Shown: positions 1 to 12,632, counted from the first letter of the stretch. The stretch: 64,000 nucleotides of DNA from Octopus sinensis (GCF_006345805.1 NC_043004.1:10044001-10108000); one strand, 5' to 3'. A program made the numbers and translations. Notes: generated by a model from the sequence alone, not told the origin.

Positions 1-450
1 GGTGAAAGTGAGTCACATTGAAAAATTCCACAGTTGATGTTTATATTCTCTGAGGCAAGTACTCCATTAGAGTGGTATAATTGGAGATTCGTATTCCACA
101 ACGACATATTATGCTTCAGGAAGCTTGAAATCACAGGGGAAATTTTGAAGATGTCCAGCGATTTCAAGATCCATGAATGCGGTATAATGTCGAAGGCCTT
201 TTTATAGTCAATCCATGCGGAGCTGAGATTTCTGCGCTTGTTGTGACAGTTCTCAAGGATCATACGATTAATTAGCATCCGTATGAGCCTCGGCGGCATC
301 CTTTTTGTTCAGTGGGGAAAATATCGTTCTTCTCCATGAATGCATATGTTTTCTCCGCCAGGATAGATGTTAGGATTTTATACGTGGCCGATAGTTTTTT
401 GGAAGTTTGGCTTCGTTATTCTTTGGAAGTAGGTAAGTAATACCACTTAT
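1..450 (-). mobile_element. R4/Dong-clade non-LTR retrotransposon, reverse transcriptase fragment (continues off the window)
   Basis: Manual minus-strand translation gives GITYLLPK..YKILTSI..EQKGCRRGS..AWIDYKKAFDIIPHSW..GIFQCDSLSP (RT motifs), with small deletions and frameshifts. Confidence 0.85.
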
Positions 451-457
451 CATCATC

Positions 458-524
<67 letters not shown>

Positions 525-585
525 CATCATCATCATATTTATTATTATCATCATTATCATCATTATAATTATCATTATTATTGTT

Positions 586-620
<35 letters not shown>

Positions 621-666
621 TATTATTATCATTATTATTGTTATCATCATCATCATCATCATCATC

Positions 667-698
<32 letters not shown>

Positions 699-745
699 TA
701 TCATTAATTAATATTATTATTATTATTATTATTATTATTCTCCTT

Positions 746-776
<31 letters not shown>

Positions 777-872
777 TTATTATTATTATTATTATTGTTA
801 TTATTATTGTTATTATTATTGTTATTGTTATTGTTGTTGTTGTTGTTGTTATTATTATTATTATTATTATTA

Positions 873-920
<48 letters not shown>

Positions 921-960
921 CATTATTATTATTATTATAATATTATTATTATTATTATTA
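451..960. repeat. Compound (ATC)n/(ATT)n/(CTT)n/(GTT)n microsatellite
   Basis: Directly visible trinucleotide arrays. Confidence 0.95.
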
Positions 961-2024
961 TTCTATGTTTGACTTTTGCTTTATATTTGTACAAGTTGGC
1001 TCCAAGTCTCACCCAGAGACCTCAAGAGACAACAGGTTGGAAGTTCATGTTGTTGTTATGCCTAGTGTGCCATATATTTGGGGGGTGGGATGTTGTACTA
1101 ATGAATGTCTAAAAAAAAAAGTTTTTTTTTTTTTTTTTTTTTTTTAAACCGAAATTATGGTTGTTTTAAACCTTGAGGTTACTAAGAGAGTATTTTGCGT
1201 AGGATATGAGCAGTTCCCATTAGCACTATCTTTTGAACTTCTGCCATTTTTGGGTTCCTGGTATCTGAGTTAGGGTAGCTATCAGCCCCTTTTGCTATCA
1301 TTCCCAGGGCACCTATGACAACAGGTATTGTTTTAGTCTTCAGCTTCCACATTTTGCTGATTTCTATTTCAAGATCTTTATATTTGCTCAGTTTTTGGTA
1401 GGTCCTGACAGATACGTTTTATCGATTGGGACAGTCATGTCAATGAGGAGGCATGTTCTTTGTTTGAAGTCTTTCAATATGATGTCTGGCCTATTTGCAT
1501 CTATCTTCCTGTCAGTTTGAATGGTGAAGTTCCAGAGGAGTGAGATGTGGTCATTTTCAAGCACTGGGGTGGTTTGTGTTCCCACCAGTTTTTTCATGGG
1601 GCAAATCCAGGTTTTTACAGATTACCCAGTGAATATATTGTGCAGCTCTATCGTGCCTGTTGAGATACTCTGTAGGCGCTAGAAGACTGCACTTGGAGAC
1701 CACATTGTCAATGGTTTCATTTTGTTGCTTGCATACACGACACGTTGGACTGCTTCTGATCTTTAATATGTTGGCCTGGTAGTTTCTTGTTGGTAGGCAT
1801 TGATCTTGAGCTGCTATGATAAACCCCTCTGTTTCAGATTTTAAGCCAGAGGCCATTAGCCATTGATGGGTCAGGGCTTTGTCGATATCTGCATTATTCG
1901 CTCTCTTTGGGTATTTGCCATAGAGAGGTTCTTCTTGCCATTTATTATTCAGAATATCTAAGGCCGCAGTTTTGGCACGGGTTTTCATGCGCCTAGCTTT
2001 TTCTGTGCTTGTTTCTTGTATGTC
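961..2024 (-). mobile_element. R4/Dong-clade element, 5'-truncated: zinc knuckle, restriction-like endonuclease and 3' UTR
   Basis: ORFs 1557..2114 and 1388..1597 give ETEGFIIAAQDQ, CRVC..ETIDNVVSKC, YLNRHD and NRPDII..LIDMTVP; the manual read ends GTAHILRKILS* (stop 1182-1184). Frameshifted, and flanked by (TAA)n on both sides. Confidence 0.9.
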
Positions 2025-2111
<87 letters not shown>

Positions 2112-2400
2112 CACAGGTTTTGTTGAAGCTCCTGGAGTCTTGCATGCGTCGCGAGCTTATAACCTGCAGCCTATGTTACCATGCTATTCGTTCTTTTCAG
2201 CTATCTAATACTTCCCTGATTATTCTGGCTGTGCCAAAGAGGCAAACCTTTTGTCGCAGTTATACTGGGATCTCTATTCCAATTTCTTGTATATTCCTCC
2301 TGATGCCTTCTGATACTGTTCCCAAGGCCCAAACAATAATTGACACTATATTCATCTTCTTCGTTTTCCTTAGCCGGGCTATTTCGTACTTAAGAGGGTT
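2112..2400 (-). mobile_element. Second R4/Dong-clade 3' fragment (divergent subfamily)
   Basis: Minus translation LKYEIARL..IIVWALGTVS..KVCLFGTARIIREVLDS* (stop 2197-2199), a short 3' UTR, then (TAA)n at 2025-2110. Confidence 0.8.
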
Positions 2401-2401
2401 G

Positions 2402-2532
<131 letters not shown>

Positions 2533-2539
2533 TATCTAT

Positions 2540-2825
2540 CTATCGTCAATATTGTCACGCCTCCTTCCTTCAAACGGGAAGGAAGAGCTATTTTCATCCT
2601 TCTTGTGGCTATGGCGAAAGAATGTATCTGGTGGACGCGTCTGAAAATATTGGAGACAAACACTTTCCTCTCTGGTCAATCTCTCATCAACTTCTTCAAG
2701 TATCACTTGAAAAGGAAAGTGAAAGTAGAGTCGCAAGTTTTGTCTAGCGAATGTTTCAAAAAAAGATGGGTGAATGTAACAAGGATAGCACGTATGAATG
2801 ACGCAGCCACCTTGAGCATAATCCC
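2540..2825 (+). mobile_element. Tx1/L1-clade LINE ORF2 C-terminal fragment
   Basis: LLVAMAKECIWWTR..SGQSLINFFKYHLKRK..FKKRW is homologous to the end of the element at 14659-16075. Confidence 0.8.
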
Positions 2826-3010
2826 ATGGCTCCAGCAGGGGGTGGTGGCGACCCCTGTTGTACTCTTTCGCCACAACTTTCTCTCACTCTTTCTTCCTGT
2901 TTCTTGAGTAACGCTGCGATGGACTGGCGTCCCGTCCAGATGGGGGGAACACATACGCCGCAGAAACCAGGAAACCGGGCCCATGAGCCTGTCTAGTCTT
3001 AAAAAGAGCG
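2826..3010 (+). mobile_element. SINE family G, 3' half
   Basis: Matches the body and tail of the copies at 19630-19946 and 37075-37385. Confidence 0.8.
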
Positions 3011-3039
3011 ACGTTTATCGTTTTTTGAGTTATTTTCTT

Positions 3040-3990
3040 TCACAGTCGATGAAATCTCAAACCGAATATCTATTTGCAAGATACCGAGGTTTTAACTATT
3101 GATGTATTAAACTCGCGATGTTGCTGATGGCTTTTGAAAAGTTTCAGTTGACCAATGCGTAGTTACAAACATTCCTTAGAATTAAAGTAATTTCACCACC
3201 GCTATCTATTTGTATATGCAGTCTGATATTATTCAGCTTAACTTGAAGTAAGATGGCCTTTTCTTAGCCTTGTAGTGTAAACACATTTATCTCCCTATCA
3301 GAACTTTCATAATCAATTTGTTCATTAATTAGTTCCACACATTTTAAAGCTGCAAGCCGATTGAAAGTGGTTCGGTTTGTCAATTTGCATATCTTTTTAA
3401 AAGCTGTACAATTTCTTTAAAAAAAAACGCATATTCATAATCAGAAAAATTTGCATTTTGAAAGCATCTTTTTGGTTACATGGCAGATATCAGCAATCTT
3501 AGGCTCTATTTTACAAGAAATATCGACTCTTTTAAAGCGTAATATAATTTCCTGTTGCATGAACTTCACACATGCCTCATTGACTTATTTCCCAACTGCA
3601 ACTTTTTCAACATCTTTGATCTACGAAATGTCTGTTCTCATTTGTATTATTTCTTCATCAATACTTTGGTCACCTTGACCAAGCTTATAAAGCTAACAAT
3701 ATCGAGATCCCTTGAACAACGTCTTTTTAAGCCTTACATATGGATTCACATATCTTGTTAAAACACGTCCTACAGTTGCTTTAGATAAACCACAAGCGAC
3801 TGCTTCACTATTACTTCACTTTTAGCTTTTAATAAAAATATATCCGGGATCTCCTTCACGTTCATTACTTACCTCCTATTTCTCTGTTTCCATGATGACT
3901 GCTAAACATCTTAACCCTACTTCAACAAAGTCAAGATTAGTATCAATTCGGATTCTGTTCTCCACGCTATTTACTAAGATCCACATAATT
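3040..3990 (-). mobile_element. Heavily decayed Ty3/Gypsy-like gag-protease relic
   Basis: Manual minus translation gives LQVKLNNIRLHIQIDSGGEITLI (retropepsin D-S-G at 3198-3206), preceded by gag-like KLGQGDQSIDEEIIQMR and a degenerate Cys/His knuckle; several stops. Confidence 0.5.
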
Positions 3991-4539
3991 CGTAAAGATG
4001 AGATTATAGATATAAAAATAAAGTAATTTAACAAGAAGCATTCATAAAATGTAGAAATATCGATACGTAAGTGAAGGTTCGATATACTTACTATCTACAA
4101 AATATTCTCTTTAACTTTTGCAAATTAAGGAGCACTATGTTGCATCAAGGTGTTGACCTTTTTGGCTTCCGGATTGCCTACTGCTAATTGTGTTTTAAGT
4201 GTTCTATTTCTATGCCTGATATCTTTTTTTTAACTTTCGAGGAAGGATCCTCTTTAATTAATTTGTCCACTGGGTTCCAGATCTACGTTCAGTTGAAAGT
4301 TATTTTCTTTCTACACATCAAAAGTAGATATTGTGAAAGTTTCTTTTTTTGGTAGAGTCAAACTGTAAAATATGCATGTAGTATAAATAAATAATAAATA
4401 GATAAATAAATAAATACACACACACCACACACATACATTCACACACATTCACACACATATATTCACAGAGTTGAAACGCTGCTTGATTTATTTTTTCATC
4501 GTACAATTTTCATCATCCCACTATCAAGTACGACATCAC

Positions 4540-4743
4540 CCCTTCAATTCTCATTCATAAACACAAAAGTTATTATAGTAGATTATCTCGGTAACCATGG
4601 GAGCTATGAAAAAATACAAAGCCCAGCATCACCACCGGATCATTCTACACATCTGTGTAATTTTTCGTACAATTCCACCCAGCCGTTTGACCGTGAATCC
4701 CAAGACAAGAAAGAATCGTCCATGTCAAATTTATATGTATAGA
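4540..4743 (-). mobile_element. Non-autonomous Helitron 5' portion
   Basis: Minus strand starts A|TCTATACATATAAA, with a subterminal motif like those at 24601, 50245 and 59243. Confidence 0.5.
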
Positions 4744-5286
4744 TATATATATATGTTTTCGGTGCGAATGGTTTTGTTATACGGTGCCGTATTTTACAAT
4801 CCTGTAAATAATAATAATGGTATTTTTATATAAGCTTAAAGCTTAAAGCTATCACCGTGCAATGACTAAAGGAAATAGTCAAATAACGGGGCATATAAGC
4901 CCTCGACAGAAAAAAGAAGGCTTCTGTGTGTGTGTGTGTGTGGTGTGTAATATGCATAAAATTCAAAATACGCAATCCTCTTCAAACTTTGCAGTGAATA
5001 CTAAGTGTTTGATTTGTATTGTTAATTATTTTTTGCGTGGTGCATTGAGTCTGCTTGGTTGTGTCTTATCGCCGACCACTATGAACATTTGAAATACATT
5101 ACTTATTACAAGATAAAAAAAAAAAACAAACAAAAAAGATTGAAATTCTACTGTGTGGTGGATTGGCAGATAGGATTAGCTGCGTTGCACTGAATAGTTA
5201 CATCCGTAACACACCCACACTCTCTCACACACACACACACACCACACACACACACACACACACATACACACACATACACACACATA

Positions 5287-5836
5287 CACGATGGGTTTCC
5301 ACCCAGTTACCGTCAGCCATATTCACTTACAAGGCATTGGTCGGTCCAGGCCTATAGTAGTTACGGGAACGTAAACACACCAGCATCGGTTGTCAAGCGA
5401 TGTTGAGGGTGGGGGACAAACACAGACACACAAACATACACACACACATACAAATATATATATATATATATATATACAAATATACGACGGGCTTCTTTTA
5501 GTTTCCGTCTACCAAATCCACTCACAAGCTTTTGGTCGGCCCGAGGCTATAGTAGAAGACACTTGCCCAACGTGCCACATAGTGGGACTGAACCCGTAAC
5601 CATGTGGTTGGTAAGCAAGCTACTTACCAAACAGCCACTCCTGAACCTACTGCGCCTACGCTATGTACAAATTTTATACGACGAGCTTCTTTCAGTTTCC
5701 GTCTACCAAATTCACTCACAAGCCTTTGGTCGGCCCGAGACTATAGTAGAAGACACTTGCCCAAGATACTACGCAGTGGGACTGAATCTGGAACCATGTG
5801 GTTCGTAAGCAAGCTACTTACCACACAGCCACTCCA
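5287..5836 (-). mobile_element. Three tandem partial copies of tRNA-derived SINE family A
   Basis: Repeated 'gtttccgtctaccaaatccactcacaag..agaagacacttgcccaa..accatgtggttggtaagcaagctacttacc' blocks with A/B-box heads. Confidence 0.9.
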
Positions 5837-6296
5837 ACGTCTAAAGAACCTTGTTCAGTCCTTAGAACTGCAGATCTATTCTAGGGGCTATAACCCCCAA
5901 ACTATTTGCGAGTGCCATCAGACTGTGCTACAGCTCAATTATGCCACCCAACAAAGACAAAAGCTTCAACATTTCACATTAAGGAGAATCATCTTCTAAC
6001 ATCTTCTACTGGTCCCATAGTAAACAATATAGCCCAAAGCCTATGAATGGATTGTTGTCCCATGTAATGTTACAGTAATGGCCACCACATATGCTTTATA
6101 GGCTGTCATGTTTGCTTTAGCAATCGACACTTATTGTTGCTATAGTAACTCTGGTTACTCTGGTTACTATGACACTAAATGCAATATACTGGCTTCTCTG
6201 GCGTCTCACAGCCATCTCTCGCTTGGCATATGAATAATTTATGAGCTGGTTAAAGAACTGAAGCGGAGTTATATGTCGGACGACCGTCGCATACAC

Positions 6297-6716
6297 TGTA
6301 TGTATGTATGTATGTATGTATGTATGTATGTATGTATGTATGTATGTATGTATGTATGTATGTATGTATGTGTGTGTGTTATGTATGTATGTATGTATGT
6401 ATGTATGTATGTATGTATGTATGTATGTATGTATGTATGTATATGTGTGTGTATGTGTGTGAGTGTGTGCATGTATGTATTTATGTATGTATGAGTGTGT
6501 GTGTATGTATGTATGTATGTATGTATGTGTGTATGCATGCTTGTATGTGTATGTATACATGTATGCATATATGCTTGTATGTATGTATGTATGTATGTAT
6601 GTATATATGCATGTATGTATATATGTATAATATATGTATGCATGTATGTATATATGTTTGTATGTATGTGTGTGTGTATGCATGTATGTGTGTATGTTTG
6701 TGCATGTATGTATATG

Positions 6717-6750
<34 letters not shown>

Positions 6751-6880
6751 TGTATGTAGGTAAGTATGTATGTATGTGTGTGTGTTTGTATAAGTTTGTG
6801 TGTGCTTAAGTGTGCGAATGTATGCGCATATATGTGTGCGCACGCGAGCACGTGTGTGCGTGTGGTGTGTGAGTGTGTGT
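6297..6880. repeat. (TATG)n/(TG)n compound microsatellite
   Basis: Directly visible. Confidence 0.95.
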
Positions 6881-7169
6881 ATTTTGGAGGGGATGATGGA
6901 AGTGTTTCGTGATAATCGATTCTGTCTTTAATTCTAGGAAATCCATTCCATAGGATGCATTTCACGTAAGAATCTTTCTTCACCATCACCCCATCCCTGC
7001 CATTACAATCACCACCTTCCTCTCCATCGCTGCCGCCATCAGCGGCGCAGCCAACACAGTGCCACCGTCTCCACCACCATCTCCATCTCTAATCGCTCCC
7101 TTCTAACTTCACAACGTCTTCAGTTATCACCACTGCTGCTAACAACAGCAACTGGCATGAGTTAACAAA

Positions 7170-7382
7170 GGGATCACTGTGTGGTATTCCGATTTGCTAG
7201 AACTAGCAGCCAAAACTCACTAGAATCTCATTACACCGTCTTAGAAAAAAGAAAGGAAACTTTGGATAGTGTAGCCAGAGCTATTCGTTCATAAAATTGT
7301 GGGATGGTCACGGTTGGAATGTCTCTGATCTTAGGTCAACTATATCAAGTTTGTTACATGGTAAGTAACAGCGATAACAACA
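7170..7382 (+). mobile_element. Dispersed SINE-like repeat family F (other pieces near 13130, 16680, 20000, 33590-33810, 46110-46325, 55680, 61460-61600)
   Basis: Recurrent 'gctagaaatagcagccaaa..ccgtctta..gggatggtcacggctggaatg..tgatcata' with an (AAC)n tail. Confidence 0.65.
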
Positions 7383-7395
7383 GCTGCTGATGCTA

Positions 7396-7402
7396 CAGGG
7401 TG

Positions 7403-7433
<31 letters not shown>

Positions 7434-8155
7434 CGGACGTTTTTGAAATGGCTATTATTCAGCCTCAGGAGGAGGGGCGTATGTCCAATAGGTACCATTT
7501 GGTCAGTGGTGTCCTAGCATTTTTTTTTTCTTTTCAGGTGAAGCCATGGCGCTGTGGACGATAGAGCATCGCGTGTTTGCCTTCGACAGTTACGAGAAGA
7601 ATAATGAGTCTGTCGCAGCAGTTCAGCGTGAGTTTCGGCGTCACTTCAACATTCACTGGAATCAGGCCGCCGTTGCTCTTTTTCATCTCAATGACATAAT
7701 GAATCAAAAGAACTGTTGTTATTGGGCTCTTGAAATCCGAGAGAACTGCACGAAAGACCACTGCATAGCCCAAAAGTGACGGTCTGGTGTGCGGTTGGAA
7801 AAACAGCCGTCATTGGTCCTTATTTTTTGAAGACGATAACGGAAATGCTGTTACTGTGAACTCAAAGTGTTACATCGAGATGATAAACAACTTCAGTGTG
7901 CATGAATTACGATGAAAACGTATGCCTATTCGACGTATGTGGTTTCAGCAGGATGGGGCGACGGCCCACACAGCCAGAGCTTCAATGGACGTTCTTCGCC
8001 CACTCTTCGGTGACCGCCTCATTTCCAGGTTTGCTGACATTGGTTGGCCGCCTCGGTCCACTGATTTGTCCATGTGTGAGTATTTCTTGTGGGGAAACCT
8101 GAACGCACGTGTGTATGGGCATAAGCTCCGTACATTGGACGATTTGAAGAATCAT
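7396..8155 (+). mobile_element. Tc1/mariner DD41D (rosa-type) transposon, internally deleted and 3'-truncated
   Basis: TA|CAGGGTG terminus; N-terminal SVAAVQREFRRHF HTH; WFQQDGATAH..WPPRSTDLSMCEYFLWG with 41 residues between the 2nd and 3rd catalytic positions. Confidence 0.85.
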
Positions 8156-8159
8156 TACA

Positions 8160-8480
8160 AACACACACATACACACACAGACCTGCGCGCACGTACATAC
8201 CCACACATACCTCCTTCATCTGCAATCTCCTGTCTTAGAAAACTTTTTCTTCACTCATTCCCTTCCGGTCATTTCAATATGTGACCGCGTGTGTATCGTT
8301 GGCGATTTTCTTTCTCCGTCTTCCCTTCTTTGGACTTTTTCTATATTTCTGATAAAGAGCTCTGCTCGAAGCGTGAAATCCTTTTACTTTCCTTTACTTT
8401 CCTGAGCGTCCAACAACACAGTACTTGTTCCACGTTCTCACGTTGCTGTTTTCCTTGCTTGTTCATGTTTGGATTGACTA
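8160..8480 (+). mobile_element. Penelope-like element 3'/pLTR fragment with a degenerate hammerhead (8345-8379)
   Basis: Homologous to 27470-27970; attt-CTGATAA-A-GAGC-tct-GCTC-GAAGCGTG-aaat; ends at (TA)n. Confidence 0.7.
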
Positions 8481-8484
8481 TATA

Positions 8485-8630
8485 TATACCATCTGATAGT
8501 TGAGTGTAGCTTTATGTATCAAGGCAATGGACCAGTAAAATTCCCTCAGTGGATAAGTGATTTCATTTCGGCAATTGTAGGTAGGCATTGAGCATTGAAT
8601 GTTGTCATGTTTTCGATTGTTACTTGTAAT
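8485..8630 (-). mobile_element. Naiad-type Penelope-like GIY-YIG endonuclease fragment
   Basis: YNCRNEITYPLREFYWSIALIHKATL resembles CNCRxxxxCPLxGxCxxxxxIYKA; a second copy lies at 22950-23160. Confidence 0.55.
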
Positions 8631-8848
8631 TGCCATTTTGTAATTGCCATTTTGTAATTGTGATACATCTTTTTGAGGGAGAGTATTTCTTTCTTTCTCT
8701 CTCTCTCTCTGTTTATCTCACTTCTCCTGTATGTATGAATGTATGTATATTATATATATATATATATATTTTATGTATGTATTATATATATGTATATATA
8801 CATATAATATAAATGTTACACACACACATACACACTCACACACACACA

Positions 8849-8890
<42 letters not shown>

Positions 8891-9052
8891 TGGATACAAG
8901 ATGTCACCAACAGTAAGCAACATGAAATACGAAAGCAAATGAGCTAAATACGCAAATAACGAGAGAGGAGAGAGAAAAGAACAAGTAATACAAAGAATGA
9001 CCCTTCATCAGTTGTCGGCTGTCTAACTACTCCCCATTTCGATATATATATA

Positions 9053-9094
<42 letters not shown>

Positions 9095-9116
9095 ATATAT
9101 ATATATATATAATATA

Positions 9117-9149
<33 letters not shown>

Positions 9150-9250
9150 TGTATGTATGTATGTATGCATGTATATATATATAAGAAATTATGGAGCTGA
9201 GTGAAACTGTTAAATTAAATCAGTATTTGTAATCCCTACCAAATGTGTTG

Positions 9251-9281
9251 AGGGTTAGGGTTAGGGTTAGGGCTAGGGTTA
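9251..9281 (+). repeat. Short interstitial (TTAGGG)n array
   Basis: agggttagggttagggttagggctagggtta. Confidence 0.85.
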
Positions 9282-9284
9282 ATC

Positions 9285-9320
<36 letters not shown>

Positions 9321-9368
9321 CCTATCTATCTATCTATCTGTCTGTCTATCTGTCTGTCTATCTGTCTG

Positions 9369-9420
<52 letters not shown>

Positions 9421-10891
9421 CCCATCCGTCCAACCACCCATCCACCACCCAATCACCCACCCACCCATCCGTCCGTCCGTCCGTCTGTCTGTCTATCTGT
9501 CCGTCTCTCTCTCTCTCAGTCTCTCTCTCTCCCTCTCTCTCTCTCTCTATCTATTTACACACGTACACACACGCATGCACACACACATACTGTATTTTTG
9601 AGATGATACTCGTCAAATGATGGCTATCGACGGGAATATTGTTTGGCTACTCCGAGTACCATCTGTAATGCTGCATAGGTACAATAATTATAATCTTATT
9701 TCATTTTAATTTTCATTGTGCTTATACAAAATAAGGAAATGATGACTAATTTTTAAAAGAAAAATATTTATTATATCAACATAAATTTTGAATATAACAA
9801 ATATACTTTTGTAATTTTGGTACACGGCTAACAAGTTTGAAGATAGGGTACAGCAATTTGCATTTACCTCAGTGTTTGACTGCTACGTTATTTTATCAAT
9901 CATTGAATAATGGAAGCGAAGTTTTCTTCGGTGGGATTTGAACTGGCAACGTACTTTTGTCATTGAAGGTAATATCAAATAATATTGCGTAGCTACAGAT
10001 AATAATAATGTTAGTTCTTTTCAAATTTTACGGTGTTTATACAAAACAATGGAATTAATCTAATTTTGAAAATAAAAATATTTGTTAAAACTTAAAATAA
10101 GATTACATAAAACAAATTTCTCATTTGTATATTTGCAATAAATATATGTTTTCAATCTAAAGAATACTGTTTACCTATCAATTACAATAATGCCAAAATA
10201 CACCGATAATGGAGGTGGCGAAAATATTTTACAAAAAAATTACAAAATTTCTACTTTAGCCATATTTTCATTATATAGGATAAACATCAATTTGATAGAC
10301 ATTGAAGACATCAGATATTTTCACCAACGATTTCAATACAATTCTTTACCTCTTTGTTCCTCTTTTATGTCTAAATCTTACTGAAATTGTTGAGAAAATT
10401 GCAGAATGAAACTTCTAGATCACCGATGTTTGTGTAAAATCTTCAATTTATATGAAATTGTCATTTTCAGTGTTATAAATTACAATAAGCCAATGAAAAT
10501 AATGATTATGAACGTTATTTTAGTTAACGATTCTAAAATGAATATTTGCATAATAAATATTTTATGCACAAATTTTACTTCAGAAGTTCATTTTCAATAT
10601 TTTGATACAACAAAAGTCAGTGTTTGTGTTTCAATGTCAGTTGCAATTACTGCTAGGTATTTGTTAACTTTCTCTCCAAGGAAAGATAATTTCAATAAAT
10701 CCTGAATTTGTCTTGTAAGTTATTCATGACACCTTTGTTGTCAAAATTCGTGTCATTGGACAGTTTAAGTTACTTCTCTTCGCCCATTTCCTTTAAACAT
10801 ACACATACGCGCGCACACACGCACACACACATTATATGGTTCACTAAACACACGATAATGTTACAAATGTTCAAGTTATCTCTTTTTAATA

Positions 10892-11432
10892 TTGGGTTGT
10901 CCGATTTTTAACGGAAAGGAAAAGGTCAATAAATACATGCCATTACATTTTTAATCAACCAAATATGAACCATTTTGTTGCACAATGCATCTCCATCTTT
11001 CCTTCAACTTGAAAATACACTCTTCCCAGAATTGAGGTGGTTTCATGGCAAAGAATTCATCAAGGTATCTTTTTACATCATCCAAGGAATTGAAATTTTT
11101 ACCATTAAGACTATTCTGCAGAGACCTGAATAAGTGGAAATCCGAAGGAACAACATCTGGTGAATATGGAGGGTGGGGTAACATATCCTAGCCGGGCTGC
11201 AGCAATTTTTGTCTGGCTCCCAAAGCATCAAGTGCCGAAAATGAACTTTCTTATCTTCCATTTTAAAGGGTTACAGAATTAACACGGGTTATAGGAACAT
11301 AAAGCTTCTTCCACGAAAAGATAGCTTAAACTGTGCTCTAAATGGAGGTGTAGTCAAATCCTATTTTATGGATTCAACCATGTTCTAAAATAAGTCTAAA
11401 ATATATCAGCATGAACTTTCCGGACAACCCAA
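10892..11432 (-). mobile_element. Internally deleted mariner (DD34D type)
   Basis: TIRs TTGGGTTGTCCG/CGGACAACCCAA with TA flanks; N-terminal MEDKKVHFRHLML fused to HPPYSPDVVPSDFHLFRSLQN..KLKERW. Confidence 0.92.
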
Positions 11433-11790
11433 TATTATATTTTCCATATCTTCTGATTAGATTTATAGATTTGGTTTGGAACAACAGAGTGCCTAAATCC
11501 ATGTCCGACGTTTCTAGACTTTCACAATCTCATTAGCAAGAATTGAACTGAATATATTTGTCGTTTGTTGCATTTCTTATATAGCGATTGAATTTGTGTA
11601 GACTTTCTCGCTAAAGGATTTTTGACCTTAGGCATCAGAAGTCTCGGGTTGATTTGTTTGTGGTCAAATTTTAGCTGTTACGTCTTTGTTTCTTATTCAG
11701 TGTATACATATACATACACACACGCACCCACACACACATTCACACTCACACACACACATAAAAACACACACATAAAAACACACACATCTC

Positions 11791-12163
11791 TTTACTCTTT
11801 AACTCTTTAACTTGTTTCAGTCATATAACTGTGGCCATGCTGGAGCACCGCCTTTAGTCGAGCAAATCGACCCCAGGACTTATTCTTTGTAAGCCTAGTA
11901 CTTATTCTATCGGCATCTTTTGACGAACCTCTAATTAACGGGGACGTAAACACACCAGCATCGGTTGTCAAGCTACGTTGGGGGCGGGGACAAACACAGA
12001 CACAAACATAAACACATACATACATATATATAGAGAGAGATATATACGACGGGCTTCTTTGGTCGCCTTAATCTATTAGTTGAAGACACTTGCCCAAGGT
12101 GCCAGGCGCCCGGAACCATGTTGTTCGTAAGCAAGCTACTTACCACACAGCCACTCCTACGCC
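11791..12163 (-). mobile_element. SINE family A
   Basis: Head, internal microsatellite and tail match the other family A copies. Confidence 0.9.
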
Positions 12164-12186
12164 TCTCTCTCTCTCTTTTTCTCTCT

Positions 12187-12220
<34 letters not shown>

Positions 12221-12411
12221 ATATATATATATTTCCTGAATCTCCATATCCGAAAACGGGGATTTTTTTGGCAAAAAATAACAAAAATAAACAAATTTGG
12301 GAGAAATGGGGAGGGGGAACGGGCGGAAATCTTTCCGGAATGTCTATGTGGTCGATCGACTTTCTGGAAATCGTAGCCGCATTTCCTCATAATCACATTT
12401 TGACACTTTAA

Positions 12412-12632
12412 CCCTTTAGCATTCAGATTTCTTAGTGAAATTTATTGCTTATTTATCCATACTGTTTTTGAATTAATCACATATTATTTTGCAGCTTCAA
12501 AATTTAAATGGTGTGGCTATATATTTTTAAAATGTCATTGTAGGGTAGGTGTGAGAGGTTGGATCCAGACAGTTTTAACATAAAACAGATGGATTATTTG
12601 GGCCGGATATGACCGGATTAAATGCTAAAGGG
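12412..12632. mobile_element. piggyBac-type MITE
   Basis: TTAA|CCCTTTAGCATT ... AATGCTAAAGGG|TTAA. Confidence 0.9.

Noticed and set aside
453-1112. Poly-I/M/L/S ORFs, and the many HT/YI/CV-repeat ORFs across the window
   Set aside because: They are translations of microsatellites with no coding signal.
3755-3810. HTH-like peptide EAVACGLSKATVGRVL on the minus strand
   Set aside because: It lies in the stop-broken frame better explained as a gag relic, so the resemblance is probably chance.
8995-9042. Minus-strand CTGATGA with an upstream GAAA as a possible hammerhead
   Set aside because: I could not build stem III or an NUH pairing from the sequence present.
9603-9678. AG...GT-bounded open segment as a possible exon
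   Set aside because: Weak acceptor, no recognisable protein and no partner exons.
10380-10700. Possible hAT dimerisation motif (TSVDLEVSF) on the minus strand
   Set aside because: It needs a frameshift and is too short in AT-rich DNA to support.
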